A stretch of 32,000 bases of DNA from positions 2,520,001 to 2,552,000 of the forward strand of contig NZ_CP066018.1 in assembly GCF_016127575.1 (NCBI RefSeq). Reading direction: 5' to 3'. The stretch is from Cupriavidus necator (lineage in GTDB: Bacteria; Pseudomonadota; Gammaproteobacteria; Burkholderiales; Burkholderiaceae). Positions 24,983 through 32,000 of this stretch are shown here, in pieces; the stretch's first letter is position 1; every line of letters starts with the position of its first letter. A program made the position numbers and the translations under genes. Below the pieces are notes generated by a model. The model did no database searches and was not told where the DNA came from. It was given only the letters and a program-made list of their open reading frames with translations.

Positions 24983-25789
24983 TCAGACGGTTTCGTGGGG
25001 GCTGGCCGGCAGGGGCGCTGCGTCGTCGCGGGCGGCGTGCGCAGCGCGCTCGGCGTCGGCGGCATCGTTGGCCTGCAGCTGGCGCCAGAGCCTGCCCAAG
25101 TAGGGATCGTCGACGCCGTTGGTGGCCAGGCCCAGCAAGGTCTGCTGCAGGTATTCGCGCGCGGGGCCGTACAGTCCGGCAGCGTGGCGCAGGCGCTCGA
25201 CCACGCTGGGATCCGGCAGCCGGCCGGCGTAGGCCTCGTGCGAGCGGTTCATGACGAAGGCGAGGGCACGCTGCTCAGGCGCGCTGGCATCCCCGGTGCG
25301 GATGCGCAGCCAGCGCGGATGGTAGGCCCCGGTCAGCATCTCGCGGCGCCACAGCACGCGGAATTCCTGCTCGACCACATGGCTGGGGATGCGGAACACC
25401 ATGCCGTGGCAGCAGCCGCCCCGGTCCAGGCCCAGTACCAGGCCCGGGTTGTCCCAGGTGCCCCGGTTGATGCGGGAATAGAGGTAGAAGCCGCGGTGGT
25501 AGCCGTGCACGGTGGCGCGCTGGCGCTCGGTGTGCACCACCATCGGGTTCCAGATCAGCGAACCATAGCCGAACAGCCAGACATCGCCGCCAAGCGCGGG
25601 ATCTTCCGGGCGGCGCGCCAGCGTGTCGGAAAGGGACTGCTCGAGCACGGCTTCCGGCAGCAGCGAGGACGCGACCGGAGTACTGCACAGCGAGGTGCGC
25701 AGACGGTCGGATTCGAGGTCCTGTCGCGTGATGGCCATGGTGGAAGCATAAATCAAAGCGGCGCCACGGGAAGGTGGGGGAAATGACAT
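24983..25789 (-). CDS. chaC: ChaC-family gamma-glutamylcyclotransferase (glutathione-specific)
   Basis: VWLFGYGSLIWNP, GYHRGFY and GLVLGLDRGGCCHGMVFRI are ChaC/GGCT signatures. Two possible ATG starts (25789 or 25738) both lack an SD. There is a 17-bp gap to the ankyrin gene downstream. Confidence 0.85.
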   Translation of the reverse strand: MSFPPPSRGAALIYASTMAITRQDLESDRLRTSLCSTPVASSLLPEAVLEQSLSDTLARRPEDPALGGDVWLFGYGSLIWNPMVVHTERQRATVHGYHRGFYLYSRINRGTWDNPGLVLGLDRGGCCHGMVFRIPSHVVEQEFRVLWRREMLTGAYHPRWLRIRTGDASAPEQRALAFVMNRSHEAYAGRLPDPSVVERLRHAAGLYGPAREYLQQTLLGLATNGVDDPYLGRLWRQLQANDAADAERAAHAARDDAAPLPASPHETV

Positions 25790-25993
25790 AAGTGCCAGTT
25801 TTTCTCAGAATTGCCTGAGCAACCGGCACGGGTGTGGGCGCCTGACAACGTTTGGCGTGGCGTGCCGCCTCTGTCACTCGCCGCGGACGGGTGCTGCCGC
25901 ACCTTTGTCCGCGATCAGGTGCACGTGAATTGCTGGCCGGCGCGGCTGCCATGTCCTTACAATGGTGGCCTCAATTCACAGGGGGAACCCGCG

Positions 25994-26314
25994 ATGGCAC
26001 GCACGCTTACGGTGGTGTTCGGCAGTGGCAAGGAATATGACTTCACGATCGGCACGGACGAGCTGGCCGCGGTCACCGAGGACGCCGCGTGGCGCTGGTT
26101 CGACCGGGAATACAGCGAGCTGGGCTGTCAGGCGTCGAGCCCGGTCGGCAAGGTGCTGGTGATCGACAAGATCCTGAATGTCGCCAAGTTTTCCGGAGAG
26201 GCGCGCTTCTCCGGCGATCCTGCCTGGGCGCAGGACTATGCCCGCCATGCGGCGCGGCTGCTGGACCGGGACAAGGTCCGCGTCGATGTCGGCAACGCCG
26301 CGATCGGGTTCTGA
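25994..26314 (+). CDS. Hypothetical protein, 106 aa, no family recognised
   Basis: The ATG at 25994 has an AGGGGGA SD 7 nt upstream. The composition is non-repetitive and protein-like (MARTLTVVFGSGKEYDFTIGTDELAAV...), unlike GC-artefact ORFs. A hairpin follows. Confidence 0.55.
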   Translation: MARTLTVVFGSGKEYDFTIGTDELAAVTEDAAWRWFDREYSELGCQASSPVGKVLVIDKILNVAKFSGEARFSGDPAWAQDYARHAARLLDRDKVRVDVGNAAIGF

Positions 26315-26349
26315 GGCGCGGGCGCGCCAGCAAGACGGGTAGTTGCCGC

Positions 26350-26383
26350 GGTTGTCGCCCCTGCCTGTGCAGGCGCGACAACC
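26350..26383. terminator. Compound hairpin between the convergent hypothetical and FKBP genes
   Basis: The outer stem GGTTGTCGC/GCGACAACC (9 bp) encloses an inner stem GCCTG/CAGGC. The following T tract is weak, so terminator function is only plausible. Confidence 0.4.
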
Positions 26384-26394
26384 TTGCTGCCGGC

Positions 26395-26742
26395 TTAGAC
26401 CGCCAGCAGTTCCACTTCAAACAGCAGGGTAGCGTTCGGCGGGATCACGCCGCCGGCGCCGCGGGCACCGTAGCCGAGGTCGGCCGGGATCACCAGCCGG
26501 CGCACGCCGCCCACCTTCATGCCCTGCACGCCTTCGTCCCAGCCGCGGATCACATGGCCGGCACCCAGCGGGAACACGAACGGGTCGTTGCGGTCCTTGC
26601 TCGAATCGAACTTGCGGCCAGCCTGGCCGTTCTCGTACAGCCAGCCGGTGTAGTGCACGGTGACGTGCTTGCCGGCGGTGGCTTCGGCGCCGGCGCCGAC
26701 GGTGGTGTCTTCGTATTGCAGGCCAGAGGGCGTGGTTTGCAT
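26395..26742 (-). CDS. FKBP-type peptidyl-prolyl cis-trans isomerase (small Mip-like)
   Basis: 115 aa from the ATG at 26742 (GGAAGGA SD). [50 protein letters not shown] and [16 protein letters not shown] are near-canonical FKBP12-like sequence. Confidence 0.95.
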   Translation of the reverse strand: MQTTPSGLQYEDTTVGAGAEATAGKHVTVHYTGWLYENGQAGRKFDSSKDRNDPFVFPLGAGHVIRGWDEGVQGMKVGGVRRLVIPADLGYGARGAGGVIPPNATLLFEVELLAV

Positions 26743-26782
26743 GGCGTATTTCCTTCCGATGGGAACAGACGTGGTGAGAGGA

Positions 26783-26803
26783 GAACGCAGCGCGGCTGCG
26801 TTC
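26783..26803 (-). terminator. Hairpin GAACGCAGC-gcg-GCTGCGTTC overlapping the yaeQ stop (possible attenuator or terminator)
   Basis: Perfect 9-bp stem, followed on the minus strand by TCCTCTC only, with no real U-run. Confidence 0.3.
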
Positions 26804-27350
26804 AGGCTTGGGCGCGCTGGAGCACATCCAGCGTCAGTTGCACATTGCGGTCGTCGTCGGCCACCCAGATGTCGCCGTCCTGGATCGTCACCGACAGGCG
26901 CATGGCGCGCTGCGCCAGCGCAGCCAGGGCTTCGACCGCTTCCGCCGGGACATTGTAGACGGTGACGTTGCGCAGCTTGCCGGCCTTGCCCGCCATGCCC
27001 TTCCACCATTCGCGCGCGCTGGCGGCGTTGTAGGTATAGACGGTCACGCGCTCGGCGCGCGCCGCGGCGCGCTTCAGGCGCGCTTCGTCGGGCTGGCCCA
27101 GTTCGACCCAGTGGGCGATGTCGCCGGTCAGGCGCTTGTCCCACAGGTCGGGTTCGTCGGGTTCGTCCAGGCCGCGCGTGAAGGCCAGCGTTTCGGTGGC
27201 TTCGCAGGCAAAGGCCAGCAGGCGCACCATCATGCGCGCGTCATTCTCGGACGGGTGCTGGGCGATGGTCAGGCTGTGGCTGCCGTAGTAGGGCCGGTCC
27301 ATGTCGGAGACCGACAGGTCAGCTTTGAAGATGGTGGATTTGAGCGCCAT
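26802..27350 (-). CDS. yaeQ: YaeQ-family protein (PD-(D/E)XK-like fold)
   Basis: 182 aa from the ATG at 27350. [47 protein letters not shown] is the conserved YaeQ N-terminus. Confidence 0.9.
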   Translation of the reverse strand: MALKSTIFKADLSVSDMDRPYYGSHSLTIAQHPSENDARMMVRLLAFACEATETLAFTRGLDEPDEPDLWDKRLTGDIAHWVELGQPDEARLKRAAARAERVTVYTYNAASAREWWKGMAGKAGKLRNVTVYNVPAEAVEALAALAQRAMRLSVTIQDGDIWVADDDRNVQLTLDVLQRAQA

Positions 27351-27461
27351 GAGGTGAAGTGAGCGGCAGGCGCCCCGGCTGGGGTGCGGGAGACGCAAAA
27401 GGCCGCATCATACGCCATTTGCCGGACACCGCCTGCGGGCCCGGCATACTCGCGCAGTGGC

Positions 27462-27803
27462 TCAGCGCTTGCGGTATTCCTTGAGGTAGAAGCGCAGCAG
27501 CGCCGACAGCAGCAGCGTGCTCAGGAAGCCGGCGGCAACGATCAGCGCCTGCCCGGCGGTGGAGTCGATCTGGCCGGCCACCCCGAGGCGGAACAGCCAG
27601 GTGCCGACCATCATCGCCAGGAACGGCATCAGCAGCGCGCCGCGGCCGTAGGTTTGCACTGCCCACAGCGGGAAGCGGCGCAGGAAGTCGCCCGGAATGC
27701 TGCAGGCCAGGCAGGCACCGGCAGCTGCCAGTGCGGCGGCCACGATGTCGCCGGAATGGATGTCGAACATGGTCTTGGTCTCGCGCGCCCCCATCAGGCA
27801 CAC
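27462..27803 (-). CDS. Small hypothetical membrane protein (about 3 TM segments)
   Basis: Hydrophobic segments are IVAAALAAAGACLA, ALLMPFLAMMVGTWLF and ALIVAAGFLSTLLLSALL, with a basic C-terminal tail. The track start at 27803 is GTG. In-frame ATGs at 27794 and 27770 are alternatives. A TAGAAT -10-like box lies on the minus strand at 27844-27839. Confidence 0.5.
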   Translation of the reverse strand: MCLMGARETKTMFDIHSGDIVAAALAAAGACLACSIPGDFLRRFPLWAVQTYGRGALLMPFLAMMVGTWLFRLGVAGQIDSTAGQALIVAAGFLSTLLLSALLRFYLKEYRKR

Positions 27804-27878
27804 GCAGGCGAGCGTGGCGGGAATTGGGCAAAGCGCTGATTCTACAAGAGAAATTTGCGCCGGAGGTGACGAATACGG

Positions 27879-28466
27879 TTACCGTGGGGTGCTGCCCGCG
27901 GGCGATGCCTCGACCGCCACTTGCAGCGTCACGGTGTCGCCTACCTCGGGCAGGAAGCGGGTCATGCCAAAGGCACTGCGCGGCACCTCGGCGCGGAAGT
28001 CACCGCCGCAGACCTGCCGGCTCACGCCGAACAGGGTGACCTCGCCGCAGCGGAAACGTTCGGCCTGCAGGCGCAGCGGCTGCGTGACGCCGTGCAGCGT
28101 CAGCTCGCCTTCCACCGCCGCCAGCCGGCCGCCTTCCATCAGGAAGCGGTCCGCGCGCAGCCGCGCCACCGGGTGCTGGGCAGTATCGAAGAATTGTGCC
28201 GAGCGCAGCACGCCGTCCAGGGTGCGGTTGCCGGTATCGACCGAGGCCAGGTCCACGGTCACGTCGAGTGCGCCGGCGCCGCTGTCCGCGTCATAGACCA
28301 GGCGCCCGTCGATCTTGCCAAAGCGCCCGCGCACCGAACTGCGCTCGAAATGGCTGGCGGAAAAATAGACGGTGGTGTGCGCCGGATCGATGGTGTACTC
28401 AAGCGGCGCCGCCTGCGCAGCGGTGATGCCCAGGGCGGCAGCGAGTGCCAGCGCGCGTGCGGCCAT
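27879..28466 (-). CDS. yceI: YceI-family periplasmic polyisoprenoid-binding protein
   Basis: 195 aa. A signal peptide MAARALALAAALGITAAQA is followed by YTIDPAHTTVYFSASHF, RGRF and LTLHGVTQP, which are YceI hallmarks. Confidence 0.9.
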   Translation of the reverse strand: MAARALALAAALGITAAQAAPLEYTIDPAHTTVYFSASHFERSSVRGRFGKIDGRLVYDADSGAGALDVTVDLASVDTGNRTLDGVLRSAQFFDTAQHPVARLRADRFLMEGGRLAAVEGELTLHGVTQPLRLQAERFRCGEVTLFGVSRQVCGGDFRAEVPRSAFGMTRFLPEVGDTVTLQVAVEASPAGSTPR

Positions 28467-28480
28467 GGCTCAGTCGGCGT

Positions 28481-28864
28481 TCAGTGGACGAACACGGGCA
28501 GCAGGAACATGCCCACCACCGACAGGTAGCCGATGGTCCAGCACAGCGTGCGCAGCGTGGCGCGGTCGGTCACGTAGCACACGGTGTAGAGCAGGCGGGC
28601 CACGATGAAGACCACGGCCAGCTCGTCGATGCGGGCCTGCGGCGCCTGCAGGTGGCTGGCGGCCAGCACGGCGGCGGCAAAGAAGGGGAAGGCCTCGAAG
28701 TGGTTGCGGTGCGCCATGTCGGCGCGGCGCGCGCGGCCGGACTGCTGCTCCAGCCAGCCGCGCGGGTCATGGTTGTCATAGCCAGGCCCGCTGGCCTTGG
28801 CGATGGCCACCGTCGCCAGCGGCAGGATGCCGGCCAGCAGCACGCACCAGAAAGCGATCGGCAT
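28481..28864 (-). CDS. MAPEG-family membrane protein (glutathione-transferase-like)
   Basis: 127 aa with 4 hydrophobic helices. RAHRNHFE-type block (RADMAHRNHFEAFPFFAAAV) and ARLLYTVCY fit bacterial MAPEG. It lies 14 bp upstream of yceI. Confidence 0.8.
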   Translation of the reverse strand: MPIAFWCVLLAGILPLATVAIAKASGPGYDNHDPRGWLEQQSGRARRADMAHRNHFEAFPFFAAAVLAASHLQAPQARIDELAVVFIVARLLYTVCYVTDRATLRTLCWTIGYLSVVGMFLLPVFVH

Positions 28865-28930
28865 AATCCAGTCCTTTCGGTTGCAATGCCGGCGCCGCCG
28901 TCACTGGCGCCGCCGGCCCGGCCCGAGCGG

Positions 28931-29173
28931 TCAGGCGGCGACCACGCGGATCTCGATGCCCGCCAGGCCCACCACCTGCCCGGCGCGGATCTTGGCAGTC
29001 TTGCGCGATTCAGGCGCGCCGTCCACCGAGACTTCGCCGGTGGCGACCAGCGCCTTGCCGGCGCCGCCGCTGTCGCACACGCCCGCCAGCTTGAGCAGGT
29101 CATTGAGCGCGATGAACTCGCCCTCGAGCGGGAAGGTGATGGTTTGCACGGCTGCCTTGCCAGGTTTGGCCAT
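28931..29173 (-). CDS. ybcJ: S4-like RNA-binding protein YbcJ
   Basis: 80 aa. LNDLLKLAGVCDSGGAGKALVATGEVSVDGAPESRKTAKIRAGQVV closely parallels my recollection of E. coli YbcJ. The ATG overlaps the glnS stop as TGATG. Confidence 0.85.
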   Translation of the reverse strand: MAKPGKAAVQTITFPLEGEFIALNDLLKLAGVCDSGGAGKALVATGEVSVDGAPESRKTAKIRAGQVVGLAGIEIRVVAA

Positions 29174-30930
29174 CACTTGCCCCAGCTGTCTTTCAGACCG
29201 ACGATGCGGTTGAAGACCGGCTTGCCCGGCTGCGAATCGGTGCGGTCGGCGACGAAGTAGCCATGGCGCTCGAACTGGAAGCGGTCTTCGGGCTGCGCCT
29301 CGCGCAGGCCCGGCTCCAGGTAGGCGGTGATCACCTGCTTGGAATCCGGGTTGAGCGCATCCAGGAAGTTCTTGCCGCCGGCATCCGGGTTGGGGTCGTT
29401 GAACAGGCGGTCGTACAGGCGCACTTCGGCCTCGTACGCGTGCGCCGCGCTGACCCAGTGGATCACGCCCTTGACCTTGACGCTGTCGGCGCCCGGCGTG
29501 CCGCTCTTGGTTTCGGGCAGGTAGCTGGCGTGCACGGCGATCACGTTGCCGTCGGCATCCTTGTCCACGCCGGTGCACTCGATCACGTAGCCGTATTTCA
29601 GCCGCACCTTGTTGCCCGGGAACAGGCGGAAGTAGCCCTTAGGCGGAGTCTCGTTGAAGTCCTCGCGCTCGATCCACAGCTCGCGCGACAGCGGAAAGAC
29701 GCGCTTGCCGAGTTCCGGCTTCTTCGGGTGGACCGGTGCCGAGCATTCCTCGCTCTGGCCCTCGGGGTAGTTGTCGATGATCAGCTTGAGCGGGTCCAGC
29801 ACGGCCACGCCGCGCGCGGCACGGCCGTCCAGGTCGTCGCGCACCGCGCCTTCGAGGGTGCTCATGTCGATCCAGCTGTCGGCCTTGGCCACGCCCACGC
29901 GGTCGCAGAACAGCTGGATCGATTCCGGGGTGTAGCCGCGCCGGCGCACGCCCACCAGCGTGGGCATGCGCGGATCGTCCCAGCCGTCCACGCGCTGCTC
30001 GTCGACCAGCTGCTTGAGCTTGCGCTTGCTGGTGATGGCGTAGGTCAGGTTCAGCCGCGCGAACTCATACTGGTGCGGCAGCGGGTCGCGAAACACGCCG
30101 CTATCGCGCAGGTGCTCAAGCACCCAGTCGTACAGCGGGCGGTTGTTCTCGAACTCCAGCGTGCACAGCGAATGCGTGATGTTCTCGAGCGCGTCCGAGA
30201 TGCAGTGGGTGAAGTCGTACATCGGGTAGATGCACCACTTGTCGCCCGTGCGGTGGTGATGCGCATGGCGGATGCGGTAGAGCACCGGGTCGCGCATCAC
30301 GATATTGGGCGCGGTCATGTCGATCTTCGCGCGCAGCACGTGCTCGCCGTCGGCGTACTTGCCGGCGCGCATGTCGCGGAACAGCTGCAGGTTCTCTTCG
30401 ACGCTGCGCTCGCGGTAGGGCGAGGGCTTGCCCGGCTCGGAGAAATTGCCGCGGCTGGCGGCGATCTGCTCGGCGGTCTGGCTGTCGATGTAGGCGGCGC
30501 CGCGCTCGATCAGGGTCTCGGCAAAGGCGTAGAGCTGGTCGAAGTAGTCGCTGGCGTAGTACAGGTGCGGCTGTCTGGTGCCGTCCTTGCCCTCGCTGTC
30601 CCAGGAAAAGCCCAGCCAGTGCACCGCGTCGATGATCGAATCGACGTATTCGGTGTCTTCCTTGACCGGGTTGGTGTCGTCAAAGCGCAGGTGGCAGCGG
30701 CCGCCATAGTCGCGCGCCAGCCCGAAGTTCAGGCAGATGCTCTTGGCGTGGCCGATATGCAGGTAGCCGTTGGGCTCCGGCGGGAAGCGGGTGATGACGG
30801 TCGGCAGCGGTTCGCCGGCCTTGTCCTGGCGGCCGGCATAGGTGCTGGCGGCGAGATCCTGGTCGATGATGCTGCGCAGGAAGTTGGAGGCGGCGGGGGT
30901 GCTGTCGGTAGGCTTGTTGTCGTGGCTCAT
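29173..30930 (-). CDS. glnS: Glutaminyl-tRNA synthetase
   Basis: 585 aa. It has the class I HIGH motif [17 protein letters not shown], an MSK-type loop [11 protein letters not shown] and a typical GlnRS anticodon-binding C-terminus. Confidence 0.97.
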   Translation of the reverse strand: MSHDNKPTDSTPAASNFLRSIIDQDLAASTYAGRQDKAGEPLPTVITRFPPEPNGYLHIGHAKSICLNFGLARDYGGRCHLRFDDTNPVKEDTEYVDSIIDAVHWLGFSWDSEGKDGTRQPHLYYASDYFDQLYAFAETLIERGAAYIDSQTAEQIAASRGNFSEPGKPSPYRERSVEENLQLFRDMRAGKYADGEHVLRAKIDMTAPNIVMRDPVLYRIRHAHHHRTGDKWCIYPMYDFTHCISDALENITHSLCTLEFENNRPLYDWVLEHLRDSGVFRDPLPHQYEFARLNLTYAITSKRKLKQLVDEQRVDGWDDPRMPTLVGVRRRGYTPESIQLFCDRVGVAKADSWIDMSTLEGAVRDDLDGRAARGVAVLDPLKLIIDNYPEGQSEECSAPVHPKKPELGKRVFPLSRELWIEREDFNETPPKGYFRLFPGNKVRLKYGYVIECTGVDKDADGNVIAVHASYLPETKSGTPGADSVKVKGVIHWVSAAHAYEAEVRLYDRLFNDPNPDAGGKNFLDALNPDSKQVITAYLEPGLREAQPEDRFQFERHGYFVADRTDSQPGKPVFNRIVGLKDSWGK

Positions 30931-31185
30931 GATGGCGCCGGTTGGCCGGCCTGATGCGTCTGGGTGCTTGGGGCCGGGTCGTCAGATTGCGTGGCGGAAT
31001 GCCAATAGCGGGATTTTACCGTGCCGGAGCCGCCGCACGCCGCGAGCCGCCGCGGATTTCCGCCCTTATCCCGGATTTGCGTCCGCGCGGATGCGCCTGG
31101 CTGCGACGAAAGTGATGTGTCGGAGTAGCATGGGAGCGTGCCGGCCCGTGGTGGCCGGCTTTGGTCCATCGCTGCAGGAATGCCC

Positions 31186-32000
31186 ATGAACGCCCAACCC
31201 GATGCGGCGCCAGTGCCGCTTGAGCCCTCTGAAGTCGTTGCCGCGCTGTGGCGTGATGCCGGCCTGCCCGCCGAGGCGCTGGCGCACCTGAAGCTGGACG
31301 GCGCCGAGCCGGTGCTGCCGTCGAGCTTTGCCGTGGGCACCGCCGCCCAGGCCAGCCTTGGCGCCGCGGCGCTGGCAGCCGCCGCACTGTGGCACAGCCG
31401 CACCGGCCGCTGGCAGGACGTCAGCGTCGACATGCGCCACGCCATCACCGAATTCCGCAGCGAACGCTACCTGCGCGTCGATGGTGGCCCCGCGCCCGAA
31501 CTGTGGGACAAGCTGGCCGGCATCTACCGCTGCGGCGACGGCCGCTGGGTGCGCCTGCATACCAATTTCCCGCACCACCGCGACGGCGTGGTGCGCTTGC
31601 TCGGCTGCGCCAATGACAAGGCGGCCGTGCAGGCCGCGCTGGAAAAGCGGGACGCCGAAGCCTTCGAGACCGCGGCGTCCGACGCGGGCCTGGTGGTTGC
31701 GGCATTGCGCAGCTTCGAGGAATGGGACCGCCATCCGCAGGCGGCCGCCTTGCGCGGCCTGCCGCCGGTGACGCTGGAGCGCATCGGCGACGCCCCGCCA
31801 CAACCACTGCCGGCGCCCGCATCCGCGGATGCGCAGCCGCTGTCGGGCGTGCGCGTGCTCGATTTCACCCGCATCATCGCCGGCCCGGTGGCGGGCCGCA
31901 CGCTGGCCGCGCATGGCGCCGACGTGCTGCTGGTCACTGCCTCGCACCTGCCGTCGATCCCGCCGCTGGTGATCGACACCGGCCGCGGCAAGCGCAGCTG
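31186..32000 (+). CDS. Family III (CaiB/BaiF-type) CoA-transferase with an atypical N-terminal extension of about 220 aa (3'-truncated by the window edge)
   Basis: This ORF is absent from the track because no stop falls in the window. I translated it by hand from the ATG at 31186 (AGGA SD 6 nt upstream). The canonical N-terminal motif GVRVLDFTRIIAGPVAGRTLAAHGADVLLV appears only at about residue 221. Confidence 0.8.
   Translation, partial: MNAQPDAAPVPLEPSEVVAALWRDAGLPAEALAHLKLDGAEPVLPSSFAVGTAAQASLGAAALAAAALWHSRTGRWQDVSVDMRHAITEFRSERYLRVDGGPAPELWDKLAGIYRCGDGRWVRLHTNFPHHRDGVVRLLGCANDKAAVQAALEKRDAEAFETAASDAGLVVAALRSFEEWDRHPQAAALRGLPPVTLERIGDAPPQPLPAPASADAQPLSGVRVLDFTRIIAGPVAGRTLAAHGADVLLVTASHLPSIPPLVIDTGRGKRS

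Noticed and set aside
19701-27350. Possibility of an anti-phage defence island (P-loop ATPase, PD-(D/E)XK-like YaeQ, ankyrin protein)
   Set aside because: The genes are not adjacent to each other. They are interleaved with housekeeping genes (cnoX, fadD, FKBP), and none has the size or domain combinations of known defence ATPases or nucleases. No mobile-element markers flank them.
29263-30954. 563-aa plus-strand ORF
   Set aside because: It is antisense to glnS, which is unambiguous from its HIGH motif and full-length GlnRS similarity.
31053-31093. Direct repeats CGGATTT (31053-31059, 31072-31078) and CGGATG (31088-31093) in the glnS/CoA-transferase divergent region
   Set aside because: They are only 6-7 nt long, with irregular spacing (19 and 16 bp). 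That is easily expected by chance, so I do not call a binding site.
30842-31189. 115-aa ORF spanning the glnS start and the glnS/CoA-transferase intergenic region
   Set aside because: It overlaps the glnS 5' end in antisense, has no SD and no recognisable fold. It ends exactly where the CoA-transferase ORF begins.
1-32000. Search for tRNA, rRNA, CRISPR arrays, IS elements or transposases, integrases, prophage genes and long direct or inverted repeats
   Set aside because: None was seen by eye. All repeats found are short (20 nt or less) hairpins or palindromes in intergenic regions. A computational scan (tRNAscan-SE, Infernal/Rfam, ISfinder BLAST, self dot-plot) would be needed to exclude small or degenerate elements.

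Overview
Very GC-rich (by eye about two-thirds G+C), gene-dense chromosomal DNA. Protein sequences and gene content look beta-proteobacterial, Burkholderiaceae, most like Cupriavidus/Ralstonia (inference only). I support 36 protein-coding regions, counting one probable pseudogene and partial genes at both window ends, plus several hairpin terminators and a few palindromic candidate operators. I found no tRNA, rRNA, CRISPR array, IS element, integrase or phage gene.

Left to right:
- IclR regulator tail.
- Kynurenine pathway operon kynB-kynU-kynA, with a divergent Lrp-type regulator.
- A MarR-linked six-gene module: flavin reductase, MarR, NicX-like dioxygenase, alpha/beta hydrolase, acyl-CoA-dehydrogenase (ACAD)-fold protein and AMP-forming CoA ligase. 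This is the best candidate for an undescribed system, a CoA-dependent (hetero)aromatic catabolic route.
- msrA, then a truncated NDP-forming acyl-CoA synthetase remnant.
- DUF72 and cfa (transcribed cfa first), pdxH, an MFS transporter, asmA and tcdA.
- A P-loop kinase / hemerythrin / cupin trio.
- cnoX (ybbN) and a fadD-like ligase with a clear promoter and operator.
- A chaC plus Tat-signal ankyrin pair, and an orphan small protein.
- A minus-strand housekeeping string: FKBP, yaeQ, a small membrane protein, yceI, MAPEG, ybcJ and glnS.
- The 5' part of an unusual family III CoA-transferase.

The ORF track uses GTG/TTG as well as ATG starts. I checked the start codons I rely on against the nucleotide sequence. 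The many long Arg/Ala/Pro/Gly-rich ORFs antisense to real genes are treated as high-GC artefacts.
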